From contig NIVC01000616.1 in the NCBI GenBank assembly GCA_002269645.1, positions 186,001-250,000 on the forward strand: a stretch of 64,000 nucleotides of DNA, in the 5' to 3' direction. Under the pieces are notes generated by a model. It had not been told where the DNA came from. It saw only the letters and a program-made list of their open reading frames with translations, and did not search any database. Positions 36,526 through 48,692 of this stretch are shown here, piece after piece (within the stretch, counting starts at the first letter, position 1; each line of letters begins with the position of its first letter). The stretch is from Macrostomum lignano (lineage: Eukaryota). The position numbers and the translations under genes were made by a program.

Positions 36526-37018
36526 AGATATAACCAGGGTCTCATTGATCTAATCTTAGATATAACCAGGGTCTCATTGATCTAATCTCAGATGTAACCA
36601 GGTTCTCATTGATCTAATCTTAGATATACCCAGGTTCTTATTGATCTAATCTTAGATATAGCCAGGTTCTCATTGATCTAATTTCAGATATAACCAGGGT
36701 CTCATTGATCTAATCTCAGATATAACCAGGGTCTCGTTGATCTAATCTCAGATGTAACCAGGTTCTCATTGATCTACTCTCAGATGTAACCAGGTTCTCA
36801 TTGATCTAATCTCAGACATAACCAGGTTCTTATTGATCTACTCTCAGATCTAACCCAGGTTCTCATTGATCTACTCTCAGATGTAATTAGTTTCTCATTG
36901 ATCTACTCTCAGACATAACCAGGTTCTGATTGATCTACTCTCAGACATAACCAGGTTCTCATTGATCTACTCTCAGACATAACCAGGTTCTCATTGATCT
37001 ACTCTCAGACATAACCAG
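36526..37018. repeat. 32-bp minisatellite (AGATATAACCAGGGTCTCATTGATCTAATCTC)
   Basis: Directly visible, immediately downstream of the WDR26 stop. Confidence 0.93.
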
Positions 37019-37042
37019 CTTCTCACCAGCTTCCCCTCCTCC

Positions 37043-39689
37043 CTACAGCAGAGGCGGCGGCTGGTGCTTGCTCACCGTGCTGGAGCAGCAGCCGTTGGAG
37101 GAGAAGCCAGCGCCGCCGGGGCCGGTGCCATCGGCCGAAGCTGCCAGGGCGGCAGCGGCCAGGGAGGCGGGCAGCCAGATGCGCACCGTGCAGTCATCGC
37201 TAGCCGACGCCAGCATGCCGTGATGCCGGGGATTCCAGCTGACGCAGCTGACGAGGCCGCCGTGGCCGGACAGTTTATCGGGGAGCAGGTGCTGCTGAGC
37301 CCCGTCACCGGCCTGACAGCCGTGGTGCCACACGCAGACTCGGGCATCGTGGGAGCCGCTGGCCACGAAGTCCTGGTTGGGGCCTCCGATGCTGGCGTGC
37401 AGCAGGTAGGCGCCGTGAGTCAGGCCGTGCAGGCGGCGCCGGCACACGCGCAGCCGCAGGTCCCACAGGTGCACGCCGGCCGAGGCAACGCAGACAGCCA
37501 ACAGAGTCTCGTCCTGGCTGATGCTCATGGACATCACGGGCCCGTCCTCCCTGAACAGAGTCTCGTCCTGCATGGTGTCGAAGCGGTACCGCCGGATTCG
37601 GGCGAAGGTGTCCGCAGCCAGCACCGCCGTGCCGCCGTCGTCTTCGCGCCTGCCAGCGGTAACCATCGCACAGTATGGGGATTTGGGAAGCAGTCCAGCC
37701 TGATAGTATCTCGGATTAAGCAGTCCTACCTGAGGGGATCTGGGAAGCGGTAAATTATAGCCCAGCCTGCTCACCTGGTTGCCAAGGCGACAACTCGAAT
37801 GAAATCCCAGGCCTTCTCAAATCCCACATCCACGGAGCAGAGGTAGAAGTGGCCGCGGTTGCCGCCCACAACAAAGTGATTGGAGTCCGGCAGCCAAGCG
37901 GCCGTGGTCAGGGAGTCCTCGTCCCTGTGCTTCAGCTTCTTGATGCAGTCGCCTGTCTCAGCCTCCCAGACGATCACTTCTGTGGCCTCCTCGGCCGCGC
38001 AGGCGAGCAGCAGGCGGCTGTCGGGTGACCAGGCCAGCCAGGCCACCCCGCCGCGCTCCTCGCCGATCCGCAGAGTCAGGTGGTGCCGCACCCGCGGCGC
38101 GCCGGGCGGATTCGCCGCCGCCTCCACCAGCCAGACGATCGCCACGCAGTCGCGACCGCCCGTGGCCAGGAAGCGGCCATTGGGGGAGAACTGGCACACG
38201 TGCACCTCGTCCTGGTGGGCGTCCAGCACCTGGCTGCAGACCGATGGCACGCTGGCCGCGGCCTGGCAGCTGTGATCTGCCAGCAGGGTCAGCTGGTCTG
38301 GCGACAGGGACGTGTTGTGATGGCGGCAGCGGGATACCTGGTTGAGATGGGGAGTTGGGGTTGTAAAAATGTTTTTACGAAATCAAACAGGATCCCAAAC
38401 ATACCCATCGATCTCAATCCGAATCCCAAACATCCCCATCGATATCAAATTAAATCTCAAATATCCCCACCGATCTAAACCCGAATCCCAAATATCCACA
38501 CCGATTTCAACCCGAATCCCAAACATACCCACAGATCTCATCCCGAATATCCCCACCGATCTCATCGCAAATATCCCTATCGATATCAAACCCGAATTCC
38601 AAATATCCCCACCAATCTCAACCCGAATCCCAAATATCCCCACCGATCCCAACCCGAATCCCAAATATCCCCATCGATATCAAACCAAATCCCAAATATC
38701 CCCACCAATCTCAACCCGAATCCCAAATATCCCCACCGATCTCAACCCGAATCCCAAATATCCCCACCAATCTCAACCCGAATCCCAAATATCCCCACCA
38801 ATCCCAACCCGAATCCCAAATATCCCCATCGATATCAAACCAAATCCCAAATATCCCACACCGATCTAAACCCGAATCCCAAACATACCCACCGATCTCA
38901 TTTCAAATATCCCTAACGATCTCAACCCAAATGCTAAATGCCCCCACCGATAGCAACCCGAATCCCAAATATCCCCACCGATAGCAACCCGAATCCCAAA
39001 TATCCCCACTAACGCAACTGAAATCCCGAATATCCCACTTGTCTCGGACCGAATCCCGCAGTGCTCACCTGAGCCCGCACAGCCTGATCCAGCAGCACGC
39101 TCAGCCGCTTAGGCGGCAGCATAACGCTAGGCGGAAAGAACTGCTCAACCGAGTCCAACAGAGCCTGCCGGGTGCCGCCAGCCGCGCCGGACCAGCCGCT
39201 GAGCTGGCGGAGCTCCTCAGGGCCTGAGCACATGATGAGGCCGCTCAGGCGGTGCAGTCGGTCCGGGCTGAACTGCAACGGGGTCAGCTTGCCCCGCAGT
39301 ACGCACAGAGCGGCAATGTGAGCGCCAGACTCCAACAGTTCCAAGTAGCGCTGCTCAGCCAGGCGGAAGGCAATCTCTGACCAGCTGGACTCGCGCCACA
39401 GCGCCCGGCGCAGGCTGGCCAGGCTGGCCTCAGCGCCGTCCCAGTCGCCAAGGAGGACGCTGCTGCGGAACTGGGCGGCAGCGCCGCTCTCCAACGGGCA
39501 GCCGGCCTCCAGCACAAGGGCTTCGGCGCTCCTGGCCAAGCCGAGCTCGCGCAGGTACTGCCCGATAACCCGGACAGCTTCGCGATTGCGCTCGGACAGC
39601 TGCACTGCTGGGCACTGCTGCTGCTGCTGCGCCTTCTCAGCGCTGTCGGCAGCGCCTGAGCCATTGAGACAGCCGCTACCGTTCTCCAT
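37043..39689 (-). CDS. WDR26: WD repeat protein 26 (GID7, CTLH E3 ligase subunit), ~596 aa, three exons
   Basis: Exons 39689-39069, 38337-37775 and 37649-37043 are GT-AG and in frame; the third acceptor is the least certain. LisH/CTLH 'EAVRVIGQYLRELGL...FRSSVLLGDWDGAE...EQRYLELLE', 'FFPPSVMLPPKRLSVLLDQA', 'CRHHNT...LLADHSC', and WD40 repeats 'HQDEVHVCQFSPNGRFLATGGRD', 'GHGGLVSCVSWNP...LASASDDCTVRIW'. Confidence 0.92.
38380..39040. repeat. Intronic minisatellite (CCCAAATATCCCCACCGATCTCAACCCGAAT-like)
   Basis: Directly visible in WDR26 intron 1. Confidence 0.9.
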
Positions 39690-42600
39690 CAATTCAAGTA
39701 GCTGACTGATAGGACTTGATGATTAGCAGTGCTCAACTCTGATGCTTAATATTAGCGCCGGTGGTTGATAGCTGTGAGATGCTGGCCAGGCATGAGGTGA
39801 GCAGGACAGCAGAGCGTATTTTCCACTCTAATATCAACTTGCCATTTGGCATCCAGAGTCTAAAATCAACATCTCTAACTCTACCACTTTACACAGCCAA
39901 GCCTCTCTGGCCTAACAGAAGATGCAGAAGCCTGCAGACTCCATGTTTACAAGCATACTGTACAGATTTACTCAAAGTAGACAATTAATACAATACCAAC
40001 CCCATGGGAATCAAGAATCCCAATCAAGTATACAATTTCAATCATACATGCGCAACAGTCGGCCGAGTCGGCCGATCCGGCCGACCGATTTGGCAGCCAA
40101 TCAAGGAAGTCGCAAAAATGCCCACCCGAAAAAATACCAAAGTAGTATTACTAAGTAGCTGACGAGGCATTTTGAACTAATAAGACAGTCATAGTTACTC
40201 CTGCCGGTTACCCAAAGTTGCGTTAATTTTGCGCTATGGTTTTTAATTACATGTAAGTCGCATTTTTGGCCAAAAACTACGTCGCATTTTTGTTAAAACT
40301 AAGTCGCATGGCCGACTGAATTTTGGAGGTTGCGCATGTATGATTTCAATGTCTAAATTTAGGATGCCAATATAAAGTCAAACTATCATGATATGCAGAT
40401 TAAAGGCCTAACTCTAACATCTTTTAAGACTAACACTAACACTAAAGACTAAAGAAAGGTTAAATTTAAAAGCTAAGACCTAAAATGATATATATAGGTC
40501 ATTTATATATATTTATATATATTATATATTATATATATTTAGGCCATATATATATGTTAAGCTAAAAATTAGTAAGGCTTAGGCTTAACTTAAGTACTAA
40601 AGTAGTAAATGAAGATATATTTCAAATAACAAACAAACAAATAAGTAACAAGTTTTTAGCCAAGTCAAAAATGATCATAGTATGCAATATTAAGCCTAGC
40701 CCTACGCAAGGGCAAGGCAAAATAAATTATAAAAATCATTAAAATCTAAAAAATTTAAGATATACCTTACCTTCCCAGCATTTGTCATAATTTGGATCAT
40801 GTATTAGTATAGCCTATGCCAGGAAAAAAGAACAAGACTTTATTTGCTAGGACTACTAAACAAATATTTTCACTATGTATATTAAAGTTATAGTATATGC
40901 ATGCTTTTTTATATTTGTAATTATATAATACAAGCTGTTAAAACCCGCGGATTTTGAACTGGAGGAATTCCAATACCCGGAACTATTTTTGCATGTATTT
41001 TTGAAATCTGGGGCCATACTCAAACAAAAACTTGTTAATTGTTAGTAGGATAGAGTCAACAAAATGGAGTATTGTATGTATATACATATTGTATGTATAT
41101 ACATATTGTATGTATTGGCAAACTCTGGCCTCTGCCTCTCCTATATCCCTTGGATCCTTTAAAACTTCTATATTCTCTTCTGTTTCTTTCTTCTCTGTTG
41201 TCCCTTGTCCTTTCTCTTTTCTCTCTCTCCTCTAATCTCTTTTTTTTCCTCCTCTCTCCCTTCTTTTTCTTGGATCTTCCATCATCTTTCTTCTCTTTTA
41301 TCTCTTATCTCTTTACTCTTCTTTTCTCTCTCCTCTTATCAGTCTAATAACCAAGGAATATGCACTTTATAGGAGGCTATTTAAATTTTAAAGTCACCTT
41401 TAAGAAAAACTTAAAATTTTTATAGTGTGACTAATTCAGTAAGGTTGTATTGCATTACATTGCCTTTTCATAAATCTTTCACTTCTACAAACCATGCTAG
41501 ATTGCCTTGATTTGCCAATTGCCTGTGCTATCTACTATGCATAGTAGATATGCATATATATATATATATATATATATATACTATATACTATATATATATA
41601 CTATATGCATAGTAGAACTATGCATAGACACAACCTTGGGAATCACTTGGCCATTTCTATTGGCAACACACATAGGTAAGTTGCTATTGGACAGAATAGT
41701 AGTCACATGATTGCTCTTAGCCAATAGCAACCTAAGCCATTTGGGAATATCCTATTATAGATTTCCCATTATTATAGTGTGTAAAGCTTTTGCTATTTGT
41801 TGGCAGTTTGACCATAGACAATATTTTTTATTTGTTTCTGTTAAGACTTGTTTATTTGTTAATGTTTTGGCCATAGACTATTAATAGCTTTTCAGTGTTA
41901 GATATATTATAACAAGTTTTGAAACATAAAATTAGGGCCTAGTTAAGCTTAGCTTTCTTAAAAATAGCTATGATAGACTATTGTATCTTTATATTTAGTG
42001 TCAGATACATTTTAACAAGTTTTATAGCATAGAATTAGTGCTTAATCAGGCTTAAGTCTCTTAAAAGTATATAATTGTATTTTAAATAGCCTAGTTCATA
42101 CATTACTTTTTTAGAGTCAAAATAATTTAACAAACAAAACTTGACAATTGCCATCCATCATATACTATCATATTCACTGAAAAATGGCAAGTACCATAGA
42201 CCTTGCTGTTGTATACTAGGAGATCCTAGTATGACATACATAGGCCTATATTGCCTTTCCAAACTATGGTCTAGAGAATCTCTAATATTATATAATAGGC
42301 CTAGGCCAGTAGGCCTAATGAATGCAAATATACATAATAGGCAATAGACCTAGTCTTAGATTACTTTAAAAAAACTATTTTACAAGTTAAGTTACCCTCT
42401 ATAAATTATAATTAAACAGATTATACAACCAAGCTTAAAAAAGATAGCCCCAGCCTAGCCTAGGCCTAATAAATATATGAAAAAGTAGGCCTAGGGCTCA
42501 ATGTAAGTCTTAGGACATTGTTTGATATTTAATTTCTATTTTATTTTTACATAGGCCTAATATTAATAGTAATATAATATATGCCGATATCAATAAAAGA

Positions 42601-44334
42601 ATAGGCCTAAGTAGCCCTCTAATGAATCTAGATAGAGAAACAATGTTCAAACTTGTAATAAGATACCAATTAGGTCATTAATCAACTAAAAAACAACTAT
42701 GACTCCACTATTGTGAATTTGGGGGACCAGCTGGACGAAAGAATGAGATAGGCCTAAGCCTTTTTTACCGGAAAATTTTTCACTTTATATCTAGCATTTT
42801 GACTTAGATGCAAAATATGCCTAGGGCTACTTTATTCGAAAATGTTATGATAAACAGAAATAACTTACGGTTGTTTAAATTATTGTTCATTTTTCAAATT
42901 TGGCGAGTTTACAACACGAATCGATTTTATACAGAGCGCCGGGCCGCGGGGCCGCCGCGTCGTCTTATCATCGCATCCCAATAAGAAATATTCAATAAAT
43001 GCAATCACTAGAAATTTCGCTGGTCGAACCGTCAATTAAATGAAAAATTGATCCAACATGTCAGGAAGATGCAGGGCCTGGCCTTGTAAATAGAATATAA
43101 CGAAGGAAATCAGTGGATAGGCTCTAGGCTATAGCCTTAGCCTAGGCCTATAGCTATGTATGGTCTAAAGTGACGTCCAATTGATATGATATTTATATTT
43201 AAAAGTATCCCAGGGCCATGACAGTCCGCCTATTGCCCTATGTTATGACTTATGAGCATGACGACCAGTATGACCTAAAGTTTTTTAAATAATATACATT
43301 TTTTTAGGTCAAGGCCTATTTTTTGAACAAAATATGAGTTATTTCGTACAAATTTATCACTTTCAGTTATTTTTGGAAATCTTGAAAAATTTTGAGTTAA
43401 AATTTAGAGAGGCAATTCTTTCTTATCCTTCTAGGCCTAATTATACTTTTCATAGCTAGGGACAATAGTCTGATTAAGTAAGACAACTTTTGTTGAATTA
43501 GCTACCTAGGCAAGGCCTATACTATCTTGATATATTAGAAAAAAAAGTGGCACCACTGAGCATTTGATGTTTCATTACAATAAAAGGTTTAGTTAGGGCT
43601 AGGCCTAGACTTATAAGCTTTAAGTTTTTAAAAATAAGTTAAAGTTTTTAAGCTATATTTATAATATAAATTTTTCAAGCTAAAATATACAAATAGTATA
43701 AAAATAGGCCTAGGTCATAATCTTAGTAAATTAGACCTACTAGCAATCTAATGCAGTGCCCCCCTTTGGAGTATGTAATAAGCAAAGAGCAAAATTATTC
43801 ATGGAAAACAATTAAAAAAATCATATTTTCCTAAGAACCAATTTTTTCTTCAGTTTTTTAATCACCTTATCTGAGTAAACTTGTAATGCTAATGGACAAA
43901 TATGTTTGCTAGGGCCTATGAAATATTCTTTTTTATAGGTAATAGAAAGACAATAAAATATAGTTTTTATTTTTACAAAGATAGCCTAATAGACATACAG
44001 ACATTCTCACCTAAATAAAACACATCTCCATAATAGCAAGCATCCACTTAGATAGTAAATATCCTACAGATAGCAAGCATTTCCTAGATAGAAAGCACCC
44101 CTCTAAATACAATAACAATAATTAGTACTTACACCCCTAAATGCAATGGTAAGCATCTTCTAGATAATAAGAAGCCACTAGATAGCAAGTAGCTAGTGCA
44201 AATATTTTCTCTACTAATGCAATAATCACTTTTTCAGGTTTGAAATAATCCATGTCTCTAGGTCTTAATTAGGCCTAGTCTATTTCTAAGCTAGTAGAAT
44301 AATCTTTAGTTTATCAAGTATAGTAGGCCTAATC

Positions 44335-44645
44335 CTAGGTTTATCAAGTGTAATGGTCCTTGGTTTATCAAGTTCAGTAATCCTTGGTTTATCAAGTTCA
44401 GTAATCCTTGGTTTATCAAGTGCAGTAGTAATCCTTGGTTTATAAAGTACAAAATCTTTGGTTTATTAAATGCAGTGAATCCTTAGTTTATCAAGTGCAG
44501 TAATCCTTGGTTTATCAAGTGCAATAATGCTTGGTTTATCAAGCGCAATAATCCTTGGTTTATCAAGTGCAATAATGCTTGGTTTATCAAGTGCAGTAAT
44601 CCTTGGTTTATCAAGTGTAATAATCATTGACTTATCAAGTGCAAT
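44335..44645. repeat. 24-bp minisatellite (TTTATCAAGTGCAGTAATCCTTGG)
   Basis: Directly visible. Confidence 0.9.
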
Positions 44646-45599
44646 TATCCAGATCTTTTTAGTTAGTTCTTTAATAAAAGCTTTCAATAAAAAATTACAC
44701 TATTTTTAAACTACTAAGATTTAAACCCAGGTTGCTGCATAAGCAATCTAGTCTTTTTACCTCTAGGCTAGCTCTTATCAAATTTGTAAATGAATTTGTA
44801 TCACTTATAACTCAACACTTACACTAAATCAGGTAGAATAAAAGTCACATGAAGCAGTTATGTCTTAATCAATTTATTAGACAAGTCAGTACTAGTCTCT
44901 AATAAAGTTTAACAATATAGGCCTAGTTATGCAATATAAATTAAGTATTGTGCTATGCTTCCACACTGTGTTTTTTAATACTGTAACATAATTTAATTCA
45001 GTGTCAAAAGTTAGCCAGTATATAGACAATAAATAAAAAGCCTATTGTGATGCAATCTATTTCAAAATAATTATTTAACTAGTCAGTTTTTTTCTTTAGC
45101 ATTCTTACAATGCATTTTAAGTCAAAAGAGCTGCTTGACCTTTCCAAAAAAGCATGTTTTTTTGAATATTTAATCCCTTTAGCATTGAGCAATTTCTCAG
45201 CCACACTGCATATACTATCATGGAAATTGGAAAATCATAGAAACATTTCTAATTGAACAGTGCAAGTTTGAAGAAAATTGGTTGAGACATTTTTTCTCTA
45301 ATTGATCACATAGATACCTACCTACCAACAAACCATTTTTAGAAGAAAACCTATAGGCAAAAAATGCTTATTGTAAAATGGTCAATAATATATTTTCTAG
45401 TTCAACTAGAGAGACATTCAAAATAAACCAAATTCAACTAATGTTTTTAACAATGGTATATAAATTGGCATATAGCAAAAAGTTTTTTCTTTGAATTTTA
45501 CTATATAGTGAAATAACTTATTTCAATCTATTTCTTTTAACTTGTCTTGTCTGAGAATCCTTCTTAGAAATACCACTGCTTTTAGACCATGGTTTAAAT

Positions 45600-46935
45600 G
45601 TCTGCCTCCTTCCTACTCTGTCAATTGCCCTTTTCCCATTGAGTCAACTGGCTCCCTCCCCATTCTGTCAATTGCTTCCTCCCTACTCTGTCAATTACTC
45701 TCCTCCGATTCTGTGTCAACTGCATCCTCCCCACTCTTTGTAAACTGCCCTCCCACTCTGTGTCAACTGCCCTCCTCCCCACTCTTTGTCAACTGCCCCC
45801 ACTCTGTGTCAACTGCCCTCCTCTCATTCTGTGTCAACTGGTTCCCTCACCACTTTGTCAACTGCCCTCCCACTCTGTGTCAACTGCCCTCCTCCCCACT
45901 CTTTGTCAACTGCCCCCACTCTGTGTCAACTGCCCTCCTCTCATTCTGTGTCAACTGGTTCCCTCACCACTTTGTCAACTGCCCTCCCACTCTGTGTCAA
46001 CTGCCCTCCTCCCCACTCTTTGTCAACTGCCCCCACTCTGTGTCAACTGCCCTCCTCTCATTCTGTGTCAACTGGTTCCCTCACCACTTTGTCAACTGCC
46101 CTCCCACTCTGTGTCAACTGCCCTCTGCCACACTCTGTCAACTGCCCCCACTCTGTGTAAACTGCCCTCTCATTCTGTGTCAACTGGTTCCCTCCCCACT
46201 TTGTCAACTGCCCTCCCATTCTGTGTCAACTGGTTCCCTCCCCTCTTTGTCAACTGCCCTCCCATTCTGTGTCAACTGGTTCCCTCCCCTCTTTGTCAAC
46301 TGCCCTCCCATTCTGTGTCAACTGGTTCCCTCCCCACTTTGTCAACTGCCCTCCCATTCTGTGTCAACTGCCCTCCTCTGCACTCTTTGTCAACTGCCCT
46401 CTTCTCATTCTGTGTCAACTGGCCCCCATTCTGTGTCAACTGGCCCCAATTCTGTATCAACTGGCCCCTATTCTGTGTCAACTGCATCCTCCCCACTCTT
46501 TGTGAACTGCCCTCCCACTCTGTGTCAACTGCCCTCCTCTCATTCTGTGTCAACTGGTTCCCTCCCCACTTTGTCAACTGCCCTCCCCACTCTTTGTCAA
46601 CTGCCCCCACTCTGTGTCAACTGCCCTCCTCTCATTCTGTGTCAACTGGTTCCCTCCCCACTTTGTCAACTGCCCTCCCACTCTGTGTCAACTGCCCTCT
46701 GCCGCACTCTGTCAACTGCCCCCACTCTGTGTCAACTGCCCTCTTCTCATTCTGTGTCAACTGGTTCCCTCCCCACTTTGTCAACTGCCCTCCCATTCTG
46801 TGTCAACTGGCCCCCATTCTGTGTCAACTGGCCCCAATTTTGTATCAACTGGCCCCTATTCTGTGTCAACTGGCCCCTATTCTGTGTCAACTGGCCCCCA
46901 TTCTGTATCAACTGGCCCCATTCTGGGTCAACCGC
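45600..46935. repeat. Compound minisatellite built on TGTGTCAACTG(CCC/GTT) with higher-order units
   Basis: Directly visible; generates the spurious CQL/CVN ORFs. Confidence 0.92.
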
Positions 46936-47164
46936 CCCTCCTCATTAGTACATGTATATTATAGCATTTTTGAACTGGGAAGCTTTTACATGGCCAGTAA
47001 TGAGGGCAGTTGTAATGAAGGCAGTGCCAAGGGTCAGTCCGCTGTCACGAATGCCTCTCAAATTGCTGTCGAATTTTGTCAACACCAGCTGCGGGATTTT
47101 GCACTCGCCGCCAGGTGCGCCCAGTCAGCCTGTGCCACCGGCAGGCGAGTCCGTGGCGGGGTCA

Positions 47165-48518
47165 ATGACCTCCACGCCGTCGGTAACTCCGCAGCAGCGT
47201 ACACCTCAGCCTCAGTTGCACCGTCTGGTTGTTGAAGCGCGTCGATCGCAGTTCTCCAACAGCGCGGGCTCCGAGGATGTCGCTGCCATTGTCCAGGCGG
47301 TGGTCCAGTTTGTCCGCTTGTCCATTGATCGGGTGACGGTTGGCGAGCGCCTCAGTGTGCCCCAGACTGAGGATCTGCACAATGAAGTTGTGGCATTGAC
47401 CTTTGTTGACCTGAGCGATAAGCTCACGGGACGGCGGCTGAGAGTGCGGGACTGTCAGCTTGAGGTGCGAGCAGCTTACTCGGAAGCATTTAGCATGCGA
47501 ACTGGCAATCTTATAGCTGCGTTAGAGAGGCAACAGAGAACTTAATAACTTTTTTCATATAGAAAGCCTTTTATAGTCAGTACTGTTAGTTTCTTGAAGA
47601 AAATAATATTTTAAGAAAAAGAGCTTCAGCCCTAAAATCCAGCTTTCTAGTCCAAGATAACAGCATCCCCTTTGAGCCTCGGTATTTCAGCAGCACCTTC
47701 CATCGTCCTTGGCATTTCAGCAATACCCCTATGGGCCTTGGCATCTCAGCAATACCCATATCAGCCTTGGCATCTCAGCAATTACCCTAACCCTAGTAAG
47801 CCTTGACATCTCAGCAACCCGTAAGCGTTTACATCTCAGTAATTCCCCCAGTAAGCCTTGACATCTCAGTAATTCCCCAAGTAAGCCTTGGCATATCAGC
47901 AATACCCCATGAGCCTTGACATCTCAGCAATGCCCCGTAATAATTCAGGCAGATTTGACTGCACTGAATGGAACAGACAACGGACAGATTCTAGACTCAA
48001 GGGCCATGGAAGTACTCAAAAAGAACCCTTTAAAAGACTAACTTAGTGGGACAGACTTCATCAAGCAATTTTTAAGACCACTGCGTATCCTGTCCTCCGC
48101 CGCCAGGTGGCTCTCTACCAGCTCTGCGAAGAGGAGCAACCGGCCACCGAGCGGATCAACCACGACGGCGAGGAGGTCTCGGCCGCCGCTACCCTGGTGC
48201 TGCCCGCCGCCAGCCTCGAAGGCGTCTGGGAGAGCCTCATGTTCGGCGCCGACGTGAAGTCCCGCCTGCTGGGCTACGCGCACTCCACCCTGCGCTTCGC
48301 CGACGCCGGGGTGGACCCAGCCGTGGTGAACTGCAACCGCCTCATCCTGCTGCACGGCGAGCCCGGCACCGGCAAGACCAGCCTGTGCAGGGCGCTGGCG
48401 CACAAGCTCAGCATTCACATGGCGGACAGGTGCGTGTCGGGTGTCTGTTTCTGTCTGTCTGTGTTGTTTGTTTGTCTGTCTGTCTGCCTGTCTGTCTGTC
48501 TGCCTGCCCGTTTGTCTC

Positions 48519-48557
<39 letters not shown>

Positions 48558-48570
48558 GTCTGTCTGTCCT

Positions 48571-48605
<35 letters not shown>

Positions 48606-48656
48606 GCCTGTCTGTCTGTCTGCCTGCCCGTTTGTCTCTCTGTCTGTCTGTCTGCC

Positions 48657-48692
<36 letters not shown>

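Noticed and set aside
40057-40318. CAGTCGGCC...GGCCGACTG as hAT-like terminal inverted repeats
   Set aside because: Only 9 bp long and no 8-bp target-site duplication in the flanks.
45542-47235. 468- and 491-aa ORFs as a TRIP13 N-terminal extension, including ATG 'MASNEGSC'
   Set aside because: Mostly minisatellite-derived, and in a different frame from the TRIP13-homologous segment starting at 47165.
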